64,000 nt of DNA from Torpedo marmorata (lineage: Eukaryota). A program made the translations under genes and the position numbers. The notes below the pieces were generated by a model. It did not search any database. It was not told the DNA's origin and saw only the letters and a list, made by a program, of their open reading frames with translations. The stretch's first letter is position 1. Each line of letters starts with the position of its first letter. The stretch is from positions 126,914,001-126,978,000 of the forward strand of contig OZ360223.1 in assembly GCA_977017645.1 (NCBI GenBank), written 5' to 3'. This document shows, one piece after another, positions 23,005-34,547 of this stretch.

Positions 23005-26000
23005 TCAACAATCATTTAATTTTTTAATCCATTTTTGAAACCAAATTTTAAACAATTGATTATCAATAGTAAATGGGATAAGTTTATTTTGATATAAAGG
23101 CATTTTACGAGAAATTACCCCTTTCCCTCCTATCTCCCTATCCACTTTATTCCATATTTCTAACAAATGTTTTAAAATAGGGGAATTTTTACCTCCCCTT
23201 AATAATAATTTAGAATTCCATTTATAAATAACTTCTTCTTCCGAATCCTCTCCTATATTATTTAATTCTATTCGAATCCAAGCAGAAGATTTTTCTAAAT
23301 CAAACATTTAATTAATAAATTTTAATTGAGCTGCCTTATAATAATTTTGAAAATTGGGAAGTTGTAAACCTCCAATTTCATAATTCCAAGTTAATTTCTC
23401 CATACCTACTCTGGCCGACTTTCCCTTCCACAAGAATTTCCTAATAATTAAATTTAAATCCTTAAAGAATTTTTGAGGAATTTCAAAAGGAATTGATTGA
23501 AAAAGATACTGAATTCTTGGAAAAACATTCATTTTGATACAATTTACCCTTCCTATTAAAGTTATAGGTAAATCTTTCCAACTCTCTAGATCTTTTTTAA
23601 TATTAGTAAATAATGGTAAATAATTTAATTTATATAAATTACCTAATTTTGTATCTATTTTTATTCCCAAATATTTAATTCTATCATTTGACCATTAAAT
23701 CGTGTAATTTCTTTACATTTATTATAATCTCCTTGTGTCAATGCCATAATTTCACTTTTATCAGAATTAATCTTATAACCAGATATTTCCCCATATTCTC
23801 TCAATAAAACAGTCAATTGTGTTAAAGAATTAATAGGTTTTGTCATGTAAATCAATACATCATCTGCAAATAAACTAATTTTATGTTCTTCTTTTCCAAC
23901 TTTTTAATATCTACAATCTTAATATCTTGTCTAATTAATTCTGCTAAAGGTTCTATTGCTAAAATAAAAAATGCTGGCGACAAAGTGCATCCTTGTCTAG
24001 TTGACCTAGTCAACAAAAACTTTGAAGAAATTTGTCCATTTGTCACCACTCTGGCAGAGGGTTCTTTATATATAGTTTTAATCCAATTAATAAATAATTC
24101 CACTCAAATCAATCAAAAGCCTTTTTGGCATCTAATGTTAATACTAGTGCTAATTCCTCTTTCTTTTGTGCCACATTTATTAAACTAATCAATCTGGCAA
24201 CATTATCCATTGAATATCTATTCTTAATAAAACCCGCTTGATCTGCATGAATTAAATCTGGTAAACATTTTGCCACTCTATTTGCTAAAATTTTTGCCAT
24301 TATCTTATAATCCACATTTAACAATGAAATTGGTCTATATGATTCTGTTTTCAACAAATCTCTATCTTTTTTAGGTATAACAGTTATTATTGCATTTGAA
24401 AATGTTTCCAGTAGAGAATGAGATTCCATTATTTCCTTTAACACCTCCATATATGGAGGTATCAATAAATCCTTAAATTCCTTATAAAATTCTGATGGGA
24501 AACCATCCTCCTCCGGAAACTTTCCACTTGTTAAAGAACTAAGAGCATCATTAACTTCTCTCATCGTAAACAATGCTTCTAAAAATTTTATACTTTGAGT
24601 ATTTAATCTAGGTAACTTAATTTTAGATAAAAATTCATTAATTTTAGAATCATCTTTATCGGTTTGAGATTTATATAAATTTAAATAGAATTCTCTAAAT
24701 GAATCATTTATTTCTTGAGGTTTATATGTTATTTTCTTTGAATTCTTTTTTATAGCACTTATAGTTCTGGAAATTTGTTCTTTCTTTAGTTGCCACGCTA
24801 ACACTTTATGTGCTCTTTCTCCCAGTTCATAATATCTTTGCTTAGTTCTTTCAATTAATTTTTCCATTTTATATGTTTGTAACATATTATAATGCAATTT
24901 CTTTTCAATTAAATTTTTCCTCTTTTCTTCTGTTCCTTTTTCTTGCAAATCCTTCTCCAAAAACTCAATCTTCCTCTCCAGATTATCCAATTCCTGAATA
25001 TATTCCTTCTTAACCTTTGCTGAATAATTTATTATTTGACCTCTTAAATAAGCCTTTAAAGCTTCCCAAATAATATTTTATTATTAATCGAATTAGAATT
25101 AATCTGTAAAAATTCTTGAATTTCTCTTCTTATATAGTTACAAAAATCCATTCTTTTCAATAAAGAAGAATTAAATCTCCATCTATATATGATTTTTTCT
25201 TTTTCTGGAATTATACATGACATTAAAAGAGGTGAATGATCAGAAATTATTCTAGCTTTATATTGCACTTGAATCACCCTATCTTCTAATTGTGATGACA
25301 ATAAAAACATGTCTATTCTAGAATAAAAATCATGTCTAAAAGAATAAAAAGAATAGTCTTTTTCTTTTGGATTCAACTTCCTCCAAATATCTATTAAATT
25401 CAAATCTTTCATCAAAGTAAGAATTCTTTTAGCAGTTTTAGTTCTGATAATTGATTTCGATGTTTATCCATTGTTGGATCTAAACAACAATTAAAATCTC
25501 CACCAATTAAAATATTGTTCTTTTCTTCTGACAAGTGCATAAAAGAATCTTGAATTAATTGTTCATCTTCCATATTTGGCACATATATATCCATAAGTGT
25601 CCACATTTCTGAATATATTTGATAATTTATTAAAACAAATCTTCCTGCAACATCTATAACCATAGATTGTATTTTAAAAGGTAACTTTTTATTAATTAAT
25701 ATAGCAACTCCTTTTGCTTTAGAATTAAATGAAGACGCTACCACTTGACCAACCCATTCTCTTTTCAACTTCTGATGTTCTATTTCTGTCAAATGTGTCT
25801 CTTGTTAAAAAGCTATATCAACTTTTAACTTTTTAATATATGCTAAAGTTTTCTTCCTTTTTAATCGGATTATTTAGCCCATTTATATTGATACTTACTA
25901 CATTTTTTGATTTACTATCTGCCATTTCTAATATTTAATAAATCTCTCTCTATCCGACCGACCGGTTCCCCCTTCCACATTTGTAACATATTTGACATCT

Positions 26001-28231
26001 CCCTAGAAAAGAAAGAAAAAGAGGAAATTTTAAAAAAATCCCACTATATTTAAAAAACAAAAAAAGAGAAAAAAAAAGAATATAATATATATATTAAAAA
26101 AATAATAATACTGGTATATTTATATCTGTACTACCACCCTCTATTGCTCGGGAAGTGGCCCTCACCACTAAGGTGACGTGTGGTTAGGTACGAAGGCAAA
26201 AAGTCCACCCCCCCCAACAGATTTTACATAACATTTGTTATCGTTTCTTCATCCCAATCCAGCTTCTTCCAGATCTCTGTTAACTTGATCATCGTCTATT
26301 TTGACCACATCTTCTTGTCCTGAAGTTATTTGAAATTTCTTTCTTGGAGGAAACAAATACCGAGTCGGTTCCATAATAACTTGAGGTTGCCCCATCAATT
26401 CTTGATCTTTCTTTAAATTCAGAAGTGAATTCGCATACTTCAAAGCTTCTTGATGATCAGTAAAAAAGAATGACTGATTCTCTCCAGACTCTACTTTCAA
26501 TGTCGCAGGATATCTAAATGAAAATTTATATCCTTTACTCCAAAAAATTGCTTTAGCTGAATTAAATTCTTTTCGTTTTTTAATTATTGCTGCGCTTAGA
26601 TCAGCATAAAAAAATACTCTATTTTTATTGATCGTCAATGGACTCAGGTTCTTTCTAGCATTTTGAACAGCTAATTTCAGTATCTTCTCTTTATCCTGGT
26701 AACGAAGAGATCTAATTAACACTGAACGTGGCTTTTGTCCAGGATATGGTTTCCTTCTGCTATCTCTATGAGCTCTATCTAATTCAAGTCCATTTGGAAA
26801 ATATTCACTACCCAAAGTTTTTGGAATTCAATTTTGAAAGAATTCAGTTGAATTTATCCCTTCATAATCTTCGGGCAATCCCACAATTTTAACATGATTT
26901 CTCTGATTATGGTTCTCCAATACATCTATTTTTTGTAAAAGTTCACTTCTTTGTTGCTCCCAACCTGTAAATGAGTCTTCCACTTTATCCACTCTATCTT
27001 TACAGTCCACCATTTCTTCATATTGTTCTTTAACATACTTTTCAATTTTCTGGACTTTCGATATTAATTTATCCACAGTATATGTATATTTTTTCATATC
27101 ATGTTTAATGCCTTTCATTTTTTCCTCAATTCCATTAAATCTATATTCCATGCGTTGATTCATTATTGACACTTGTTTTGTTAATTTATCCATAGCTTGA
27201 ATAAAAGTCACTGATATTTCTTGTTTACCTTGGTATTTAAGCTTCTTCTCCTTCACAATTCTTTATCCTCTCCCTCCATCTCTTCTGTTTCTCCCTCCAC
27301 TTCTTCATATATTTCTTTCTCTCTCCTTTTATCCTCTGATTCCGTTGATGATGACAATTCTTGTCCAGCATCATGTTGAAATGATTGAAGGACTCTTCTT
27401 TTGCCGTCAACCTTAGTTGACAGTTCCCGTTCTCTTCCATGCATGCGCGCCGTTTCGCGCATGCGCGGTCGTTCACTCTCCCGTTGTAGTTCCTTACTCT
27501 TCCTTCGAGTACCAGCGCCATCTTCCCCAGCTCCCCGGGAAGGTGGCGCTGGTGCTACAATTACATTGGCCGTCCTTGTCCGTATCGTCCTAGGAGGGAG
27601 AGAAACTTGATCCCGCAGCTCCGTCACTAAGGTAGGCCGATCTTCTTCTTGAATTAGACTTTCTTTAAACATTATTTTCTTTGACTTTTGTTCCTTCCCT
27701 TTTCTTATAGACATTCTTCAATAGTTAACAAACGATCTTAACTTCTTTAACAACCAAATAAAGTTTTTTTTATACAGTTTTTGATTAATTCTGTAGGGAG
27801 AGGTGTATTCCCACGTCTCCAACCTACGCCATCATGCCACGCCCCCCCCTCCTCCCCCGAGAAGCCATGTTTCCTGAAAAACAAGGACATTTCAGATGTC
27901 CTGGAACGGAAGGCCTCCTCTTGAGAGTAGATGCGGTGAAGATAGAGAAACTGGGAGAAGGCAATGGTGTCCTTGCAAGAGATAGGATGGGGAGAGGTGT
28001 AGTCATGGTAGTGGGAGTCAATGGCTTAATAGCAAATGTAAATGGTTTTTTTTTCTCCTGATAGGTCCATAAAAAGGAGAGAATCACTGGAAATTGTTCA
28101 TTGTGAATTAGAGAACAGATGGAAGTTAGTAGCGAAGTTGATCAAACTGAGTGAGTTTACGTTATCACTGCAGCCTCCATGTGAATTGCTATGATATGTG
28201 TAAGGCATTAAGGAGGGAAGCTACTTGGATG

Positions 28232-28845
28232 AGTGTTGAACTATGATCCAAATCCAGAGCTCCCTGAAAGTGGCCACGCAAGTAGATAGGGTGGTAAAGA
28301 AGGCGTAGGGTATACTTGTCTTCATTGGACAGGTCAGTGAATATAAGAGTAAGGGAGTCATGTTGCATCTGATTAAAACTCTGGTTAGGTTACTGTTTAC
28401 TTTCAGTACTATGTGTAATTCTGGTCAGGTATGAGTTATATGGAGAGGTTGGACAAACTTGGGCTGTTTTCTCTGGAGCATCGGAAGCTGAGGGAAGACC
28501 TGATAGAGGTTATAAAATTATGAGAGGCATTGATAGAGCAGATATTACCTTTTTTTCCCTGGGTAATAATGTCACATTCTAGAGGACATGTATTTAGGGT
28601 GAGATGGAATGTTTAAAGGAGATGTCCAGGGGAAGGTTTTCCCACAGAGAGTGGTGGATGCCTGGAACAGGCTGCCAGGGGCAGTGGTGGAAGCAGATAC
28701 TATAATAGTGTTGAAGAGGTTTCCAGATTGACACATGGATATGCTGGGAATGGAGGGTTATGAATCATGTCTGACAGAAAGAGGTTTAGTTTAATTTGGC
28801 ATCATGGTCAACACAGACATGGCGGGATGAAGGGCCTGTACTATT
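28232..28845 (+). mobile_element. CR1-clade LINE 3' fragment
   Basis: Degenerate LRGDLIEVYKIMRG and cacagagagtggtggatgcctggaac motifs, CR1 tail. Confidence 0.8.
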
Positions 28846-30835
28846 CTACCCTCTTCCACCCTCCATCCCTTACTACATTCTACAGGGGATGTATTGAGAG
28901 TATTCTGAGCAATTGCATCACCGCTTGGTTTGGAAACTGTACCATCTCAGACTGTAAGACCCTGCAGAGGATAGCGGGGTCAGCGGAGAAAATTATTGGT
29001 GTCTCTCTTCCCACCATGACGGACATCTACAACACACGATGCATGAAGAAGAAGAAGAATCAGAATTTATTGTCATGAACAAGTCATGAAATTCGGTGCT
29101 TTGCGGCAGCATCATAGTGCAATTAACATTCATATTAACCATTCTAACGACATTACTATATAAAATTATAAACAATAGTGCACTAGTGTCTTTGGTTCAT
29201 TGATTGTTCAGGAATCTGATGGCAGCGGGGAAGAAGCTGACCTTGTGCCGTTGAGTGCTCGTCTTTAGGCTCCTGTACCTTTTCCCCGATGGAAGCAGCG
29301 TGAAGAGGGCATGGCCTGGGTGGTGGGGGTCCTTGAGGATAGAGGCTGCTTTATTAAGACATCGCCTCATGTAGATGTCCTCGATGGAGTGAAGTTTGGT
29401 GCCCGTGATGTCACAAGCCGAGGTAACAACCTTCTGGAGTTTGCACTTGTCCTGGGAGTTGGCACCACCATACCAGGCAGTGATGCAACCAGCTAGAATG
29501 CTCTCCACGGTACACCTGTAGAAGTTCACAAGAGTCTTTGGCGACATACCGAATCTCCGCAATCGCCTCACAAAGTATAGCCGCTGACGAGCCTTCTTTG
29601 TGATTGCATCCACGTGGATGCTCCAGGACAGATCCTCGGAGATGTTGACACCCAGGAATTTGAAGTTCTTGACCCTCTCCACGACTGAGCCCTCGATGAG
29701 GACTGGGTTGTGTTCCCCTGACTTCCTCCTGAAGTCCACAATCATCTCCTTGGTTTTACTGACGTTGAGCTCGAGGTTGTTGTCATTACACCATTCAATG
29801 AGCTGATCTATCTCCCTCCTGTACGCTTCCTCATTGCCGTTTGTGATTCTGCCGACAACTGTGGTGTCATCGGCAAACTTGTATATGGCATTGGAATTGT
29901 GCCTGGCCTCACAGTCATGAGTGTATAGCGAGTAGAGCAGTGGGCTAAGCACACATCCTTGGGGTGCGCCTGTGTTGATAATCAGTGAGGAGGAGACGCT
30001 GTTTCCAATTCGTACTGACTGTGGTCTTCCGATGAGAAAGTCAAGGATCCAGTTGCAGAGTGGGGTACAGAGGCCTAGAGTTTGTAGCTTCTTGACCAGC
30101 ACTGAGGGAATAATGGTATTGAAGGCCGAGCTGTAGTCTATGAAGAGCAGCCGTATGTATGAATTGCTGTTTTCGAGGTGATCCAGAGCTGAGTGGAGAG
30201 CCAGCGATATTGCATCTGCTGTGGAGCGATTGTGACGATAGGCGAATTGCAGTGGGTCCAGGTCTTTGCTTAGGTATGTGTTAATTCTGGTCATGACCAG
30301 CCTCTCAAAACATTTCATCACCGTAGAAGTTAGTGCTACTGGGCGATAGTCGTTGAGGCAGCTCACACTACTCTTCTTGGGCACCGGGATGATTGATGCC
30401 CTTTTGAAGCAGGTGGGAACCTCTGACTGCCGCAATGAGAGGTTGAAAATGTCCGTGAACACTCCGGCTAGTTGGTTGGCGCAGATTTTCAATACCCTGC
30501 CAGGTACGCCGTCAGGGCCTGACGCCTTGCGAGGGTTCACCCTCTTGACAAATAACATTGTGAAGGACTTCTCACACCCCTCTTTTAAACTTTTCTCCCT
30601 TTTGCAATCTGGAAGGAGGTACCGAAGTATTCGGGCTCACACGTCCAGATTGTGCAACAGTTTTTTCCCCCAAGCCATCAGACTCCTCAATTTTTAGATA
30701 TATATGTATATTAACATGTTATAGTTTTTTTATTGTATTATGCTATTTATGTAAATTTGCTCATGGTCCTGGAGAAAAGCTATCTGTCTTTACTGTGTAT
30801 ATGGTAATGAACGACAAATAAAGGTGACTTGACTT
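28846..30835 (+). mobile_element. Rex1/Babar LINE 3' fragment split by an antisense Rex1 copy (28846-29045 and 30548-30835)
   Basis: FYRGCIESILSNCITAWFG...TRCMKK joins [19 protein letters not shown]; tail aataaaggtgacttgactt. Confidence 0.85.
29046..30547 (-). mobile_element. Rex1/Babar LINE, 5'-truncated, RT frame still open (453-aa ORF 29197-30558)
   Basis: [36 protein letters not shown] and KFADD; ttctga/ttc tail. Confidence 0.93.
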
Positions 30836-31023
30836 GGTTGCTGGTTTCTCATACTCCCACCAGTAGGAGCTTCACCTGGCAATGTGCCAATTTTTCCCAA
30901 GCCTGAGATTATCCCTGCAGGGAGCAGAAATCGAGGCTGGACTTTCCAGAATGTGTACCACTGAGCTGTGATATGATAGGCTCCACCTAATCGTGTTAAT
31001 GTCGTTCTGTCTGCTCATTTCAG

Positions 31024-31134
31024 GGAGGAGCCATTGCAATCTATGTGGGGAAAGAGAGGCCAAATGAGATTGCTGGGATGATTTTTATGGCACCTTTGGT
31101 CTTAGTGAATCCTGAATCAGCAACCCCAACAAAG
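31024..31134 (+). CDS. MGLL: MGLL-like paralog A, internal exon (111 nt)
   Basis: tttcag| ... |gtaaaa; [37 protein letters not shown] matches MGLL [37 protein letters not shown]. Confidence 0.95.
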
Positions 31135-31591
31135 GTAAAATGACTCCAGACGCTGCAAACTCCAAAGGTGTCGAAAGAATTCACTCCCACCCCATAGCTT
31201 TCACCAGGCTGACTAACTCTAATTTCTCAGAAGCCTGAGGAAATTCAACATGTCCCAAGGTCTCTTACCAACTTTTACAGATGCACCATAGAAAGAATCC
31301 TATCCAGGTGCATCACAGGTTGGGTTGGAAACAGCTCCACCTGAGACTGCAAGAAACCGCAGACAGTTGTGAAAGCAGTTCGGGTCATCAAACACACCAA
31401 CCTCCCCTCCATCAACTCTGTCTGCACCTTCCGCTGTCTCAGGAGAGCGTCCAACATATTAAAGGACCCATCCTACACGGTCACACTCTCTTCTCCCCCC
31501 TTCTGTCAGGGAGAAGATACATGAATTTGAAAACACTAACCTCCAGATTCACACTCTGAACTGGTGCACACATGTACCTAGAGATAGCTTC

Positions 31592-31841
31592 TTTTTAAAT
31601 TTAGGGATACAGCATGGTAACAGGCCCTTCCGACTCACAAGCCTGTGCCGACCAAATACATAAATTAACCTACTAAGCCCGTACATCTTTGGAACGTGGG
31701 AGGAAACCGGAGCACCCTGAGGAAACCCACACAGTCATGAGGGAGAACGTACAAACTCCTCATAAACAGCAGCAGATTCAAAGCCGGGTTGCTGGCGCTG
31801 TAATAGTATTGGGCTAACCGCTACGTTAACCATGCCGCCCC
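31592..31841 (-). mobile_element. tRNA-derived SINE (HE1/V-SINE-like)
   Basis: Same family as 51897-52150 on the opposite strand; A/B-box head at the high-coordinate end. Confidence 0.8.
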
Positions 31842-31934
31842 TTTAATTCAGAACCCTTTAAGGACAATCCTTGGGCGAATTGGAGCCAAACAAGGTTATA
31901 GACTTATCTGAACTTTTATGCTTTCTCATTCTAG

Positions 31935-32024
31935 TTGTGCATTGCCAGACTGATGTATCATCTGATGCCAAATTTATCCTTGGGATACATGGACCCCCGG
32001 TGGTTGTCAAGATCACAAAGAGAG
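31935..32024 (+). CDS. MGLL: MGLL-like paralog A, internal exon (90 nt, lid region)
   Basis: ctag| ... |gtgtgt; LCIARLMYHLMPNLSLGYMDPRWLSRSQRE matches MGLL [30 protein letters not shown]; phase 0 on both sides. Confidence 0.92.
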
Positions 32025-32509
32025 GTGTGTTCTACTTGGACAAAATAGATTCTATATGAAGACTTGTTTCAGTTAATAAATTGTTCAGGAGTGCAATGTC
32101 AATCGAATGTCCCTTACTGAATCTACTGCACTGATTCTATTGTCCAGGAGAAACCCCAAAATAATTCACCATCAGCTGCTCACACACACTGTGGGTAACA
32201 GCAGACCATAATGTTTTTAATTCCTGATCTCCACACCAGTAGTTACCACACACCCCCCCCCTCCCCCCTGTAACAATCTCTTCACCTTTTAAACATACGT
32301 TGCTTTTTGGGAATCTTTTGTGAAGATTTTTCTGTATTAATTTTTGGTCCGTTCACTTCAAAATTAAACCCTAAATTTGAGGGAAATTTATCTGGATTGC
32401 CCAGAGTCAGTAATTAACCTGTCAAATCATGACATTATTTGAGCACGTCAATTCAGAGATGTTTAATCAGAAAGAACCTTGAGCCAGTTTTATCCAGTTC
32501 TCATTGTAG

Positions 32510-32732
32510 TGCAGTACACAAAGTGCTGGAGAAACTCAGCAGGTCACGCAGCATCTATGGGAAGATAAAGGCAGTCGACGTTCCTGATTTTCAACATTCT
32601 TCATGAAGGGTTCAGGCCCGAAATGTTGACTGCCTTTTACTTCCTACGGATGCTGCGTGATCTGCTGAGTTTCTCCAGCAGTTTTGTACACTGCACTAGA
32701 TCCCAGCATCTGCAGATTCTCTTGTTTGCCTC
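32510..32732. mobile_element. Penelope-LTR-derived fold-back mini-element
   Basis: Long inverted arms (gtgcagtacacaaagtgctggagaaactcagcag...ctgctgagtttctccagcagttttgtacactgcac) around a degenerate hammerhead; cattgta repeated on both flanks. Confidence 0.7.
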
Positions 32733-33199
32733 CATTGTATTGGGTTAGGCCAGTCCATGAAGCTTGAGTGGACTTCCTCGCACCCTTTGGCCCTTGGAGT
32801 GTAGCCTGTGAACAAGATGCTCACAGCCCTTCCCATTACCAAGCTGGTGTTCCTACCCTATGAAGGTCTACAAGTGCTAAATTGTACCAATGCTATCACT
32901 ACCTCCTGTTGCAGCACAACCTGCAGCATGGATTGACTTGCCTGGACAGCACACAAAACAAAGCTTTCCACTGTATCGCGGTTCACGTGTCAAGAAGCAA
33001 TTCAATTCAATTTGATATCCACACTAAACTCTAGTTCTGTATGATATTTCCTGTAGCACATAAAACCCGGACACTTTAAGGACAATATTTATTTCCCCTG
33101 AAAATCATATGGGCACCCATGAGCTTTATCCACCAAGGCTGAATCTCTACCACAACTTTCTACTTTCAGCTTCCAGACCGTACTAATTCTTTGTCATTT

Positions 33200-33535
33200 A
33201 TTGCATTACAGAAGGCCACTCACCCCATTGTGTCCCATACATTCTATCCACCCTCTCCTTATCTCCTTGTTTCCTATAACTTATTCTCTTGCACAAACCC
33301 ATAGGCTCTCTTTAGATTCTTGTTGCTAGTAGTCTACGCTGATCTGCATTTTACAATCGGACGGTTAACCTGCCAGCACGTCTTTGGGATGCAGGAGGAA
33401 GCCAGAGCATTCCGAGGGAGACCCACAAGATCACAAAAAGAACACACAAACTCCACTCAGCCAGCAGCCAAGGTCAGGATCGAACCCAAGTCTCTGGAGC
33501 AGTGAGGCAGCAGCACTACCTACTGAGCCAGCATG
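33200..33535 (-). mobile_element. tRNA-derived SINE, older subfamily
   Basis: Degenerate core ggaggaagccagagca...acccac...aaactccac and B-box-like ggatcgaaccc; resembles 395-690. Confidence 0.6.
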
Positions 33536-33747
33536 ACAATCTATGGGTTGACCAATGCCTCTGCACTTACATGCAACTGCAGTGGAATTATGGCACATTT
33601 ATGTTGGCCACTGGTCTCAGGCCTCTGCCAAGCATTTTGGGGGAATAATAATGCAAACAACCTCTAATCTGGTTTGTTTTCAAATAATTCACACGATTGC
33701 TGAGATCTCCGTTGAAGCCTCAGTGTGATTTCTTTTTGTTCTTTCAG

Positions 33748-33963
33748 GTACTAAACTTTGTGAATGACCCTCTCAACTACCTTGGACCTTTTAGGGTGAA
33801 GTTTGTTGTTCAGATGATGGAGGCGGTGACCAATCTGGAAAATATATTCCCTACCATCACCTGGCCAGTGCTCATCTTACATGGAAACGCAGATAAACTC
33901 TGCGACATCAAGGGTTCCTTCCTCATGTATAACAAGTTGGGCAACTCAGACAAGACATTGAAG
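33748..33963 (+). CDS. MGLL: MGLL-like paralog A, internal exon (216 nt) with catalytic Asp
   Basis: ttcag| ... |gtgatt; VLNFVNDPL...PVLILHGNADKLCDIKGS...SDKTLK. Confidence 0.95.
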
Positions 33964-34211
33964 GTGATTAATTTTTCCACAAAGTGTTTGGTTTAAAGAG
34001 GATTCTCCTTGTCTCTCCATCAGGAATTTAATTAGTCCTTTGTGCATGATGGCTACAAAGCTACAAACCCAGTCAAGGACTGACGTTAGTGATCCAGTGC
34101 TTTGTTGCTAACAGTCAGCACCAGAGCCAATCAGCTTGACCCCTGCACTTTCCTCATTGACAATGGTCACCTGCCCTTTGTGTACAGAATCCATTCCTTT
34201 TCTTCCCCTTA

Positions 34212-34547
34212 GGAACGTAGAAGAATGAGGGGAGATTTGAGAGAAGTATACAAAATTATGAGGGGTAGAGACAGAGTAAATGTAGATAGGCTTTTTCCAC
34301 TGAGGCTAGGTGAGATACAAACCAGTGGACATGGGTTAAGGGTGAAAGGGGAAAAGTTTAGGGGGAACATTAGGGGGAACTTCTTCACACAGAGAGTGGT
34401 GGGAGTGTGGAACGAGCTGCCAGCTGAAGTAGTGAACGCGGGCTCAATTTAACACAAGAAAAATTTAGACAGGTACGTGGATGGGAGGGGTATGGAGGGC
34501 TATGGACTGGGTGCAGGTCAGTGGAACTTGGCAGATTAATAGTTCGG
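34212..34547 (+). mobile_element. CR1-clade LINE 3' end (tail resumes at ~39530-39600)
   Basis: MRGDLREVYKIMRG...FFTQRVVGVWNELP; tail split by the Gypsy insertion. Confidence 0.88.

Larger units (their letters stand above)
14233..27860 (-). mobile_element. Full-length L1-clade LINE (L1-A), degraded, carrying nested L1-B and Rex1 insertions
   Basis: 15-bp TSD gaagcca(c/t)gtttcct at 14218-14232 and 27861-27875; ORF1 pieces 27714-26249 (LELDRAHR); ORF2 pieces with APE (GGDFN, SDH) and RT ~25925-23005, resuming 22249-22135 and 15221-14500. Confidence 0.92.
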
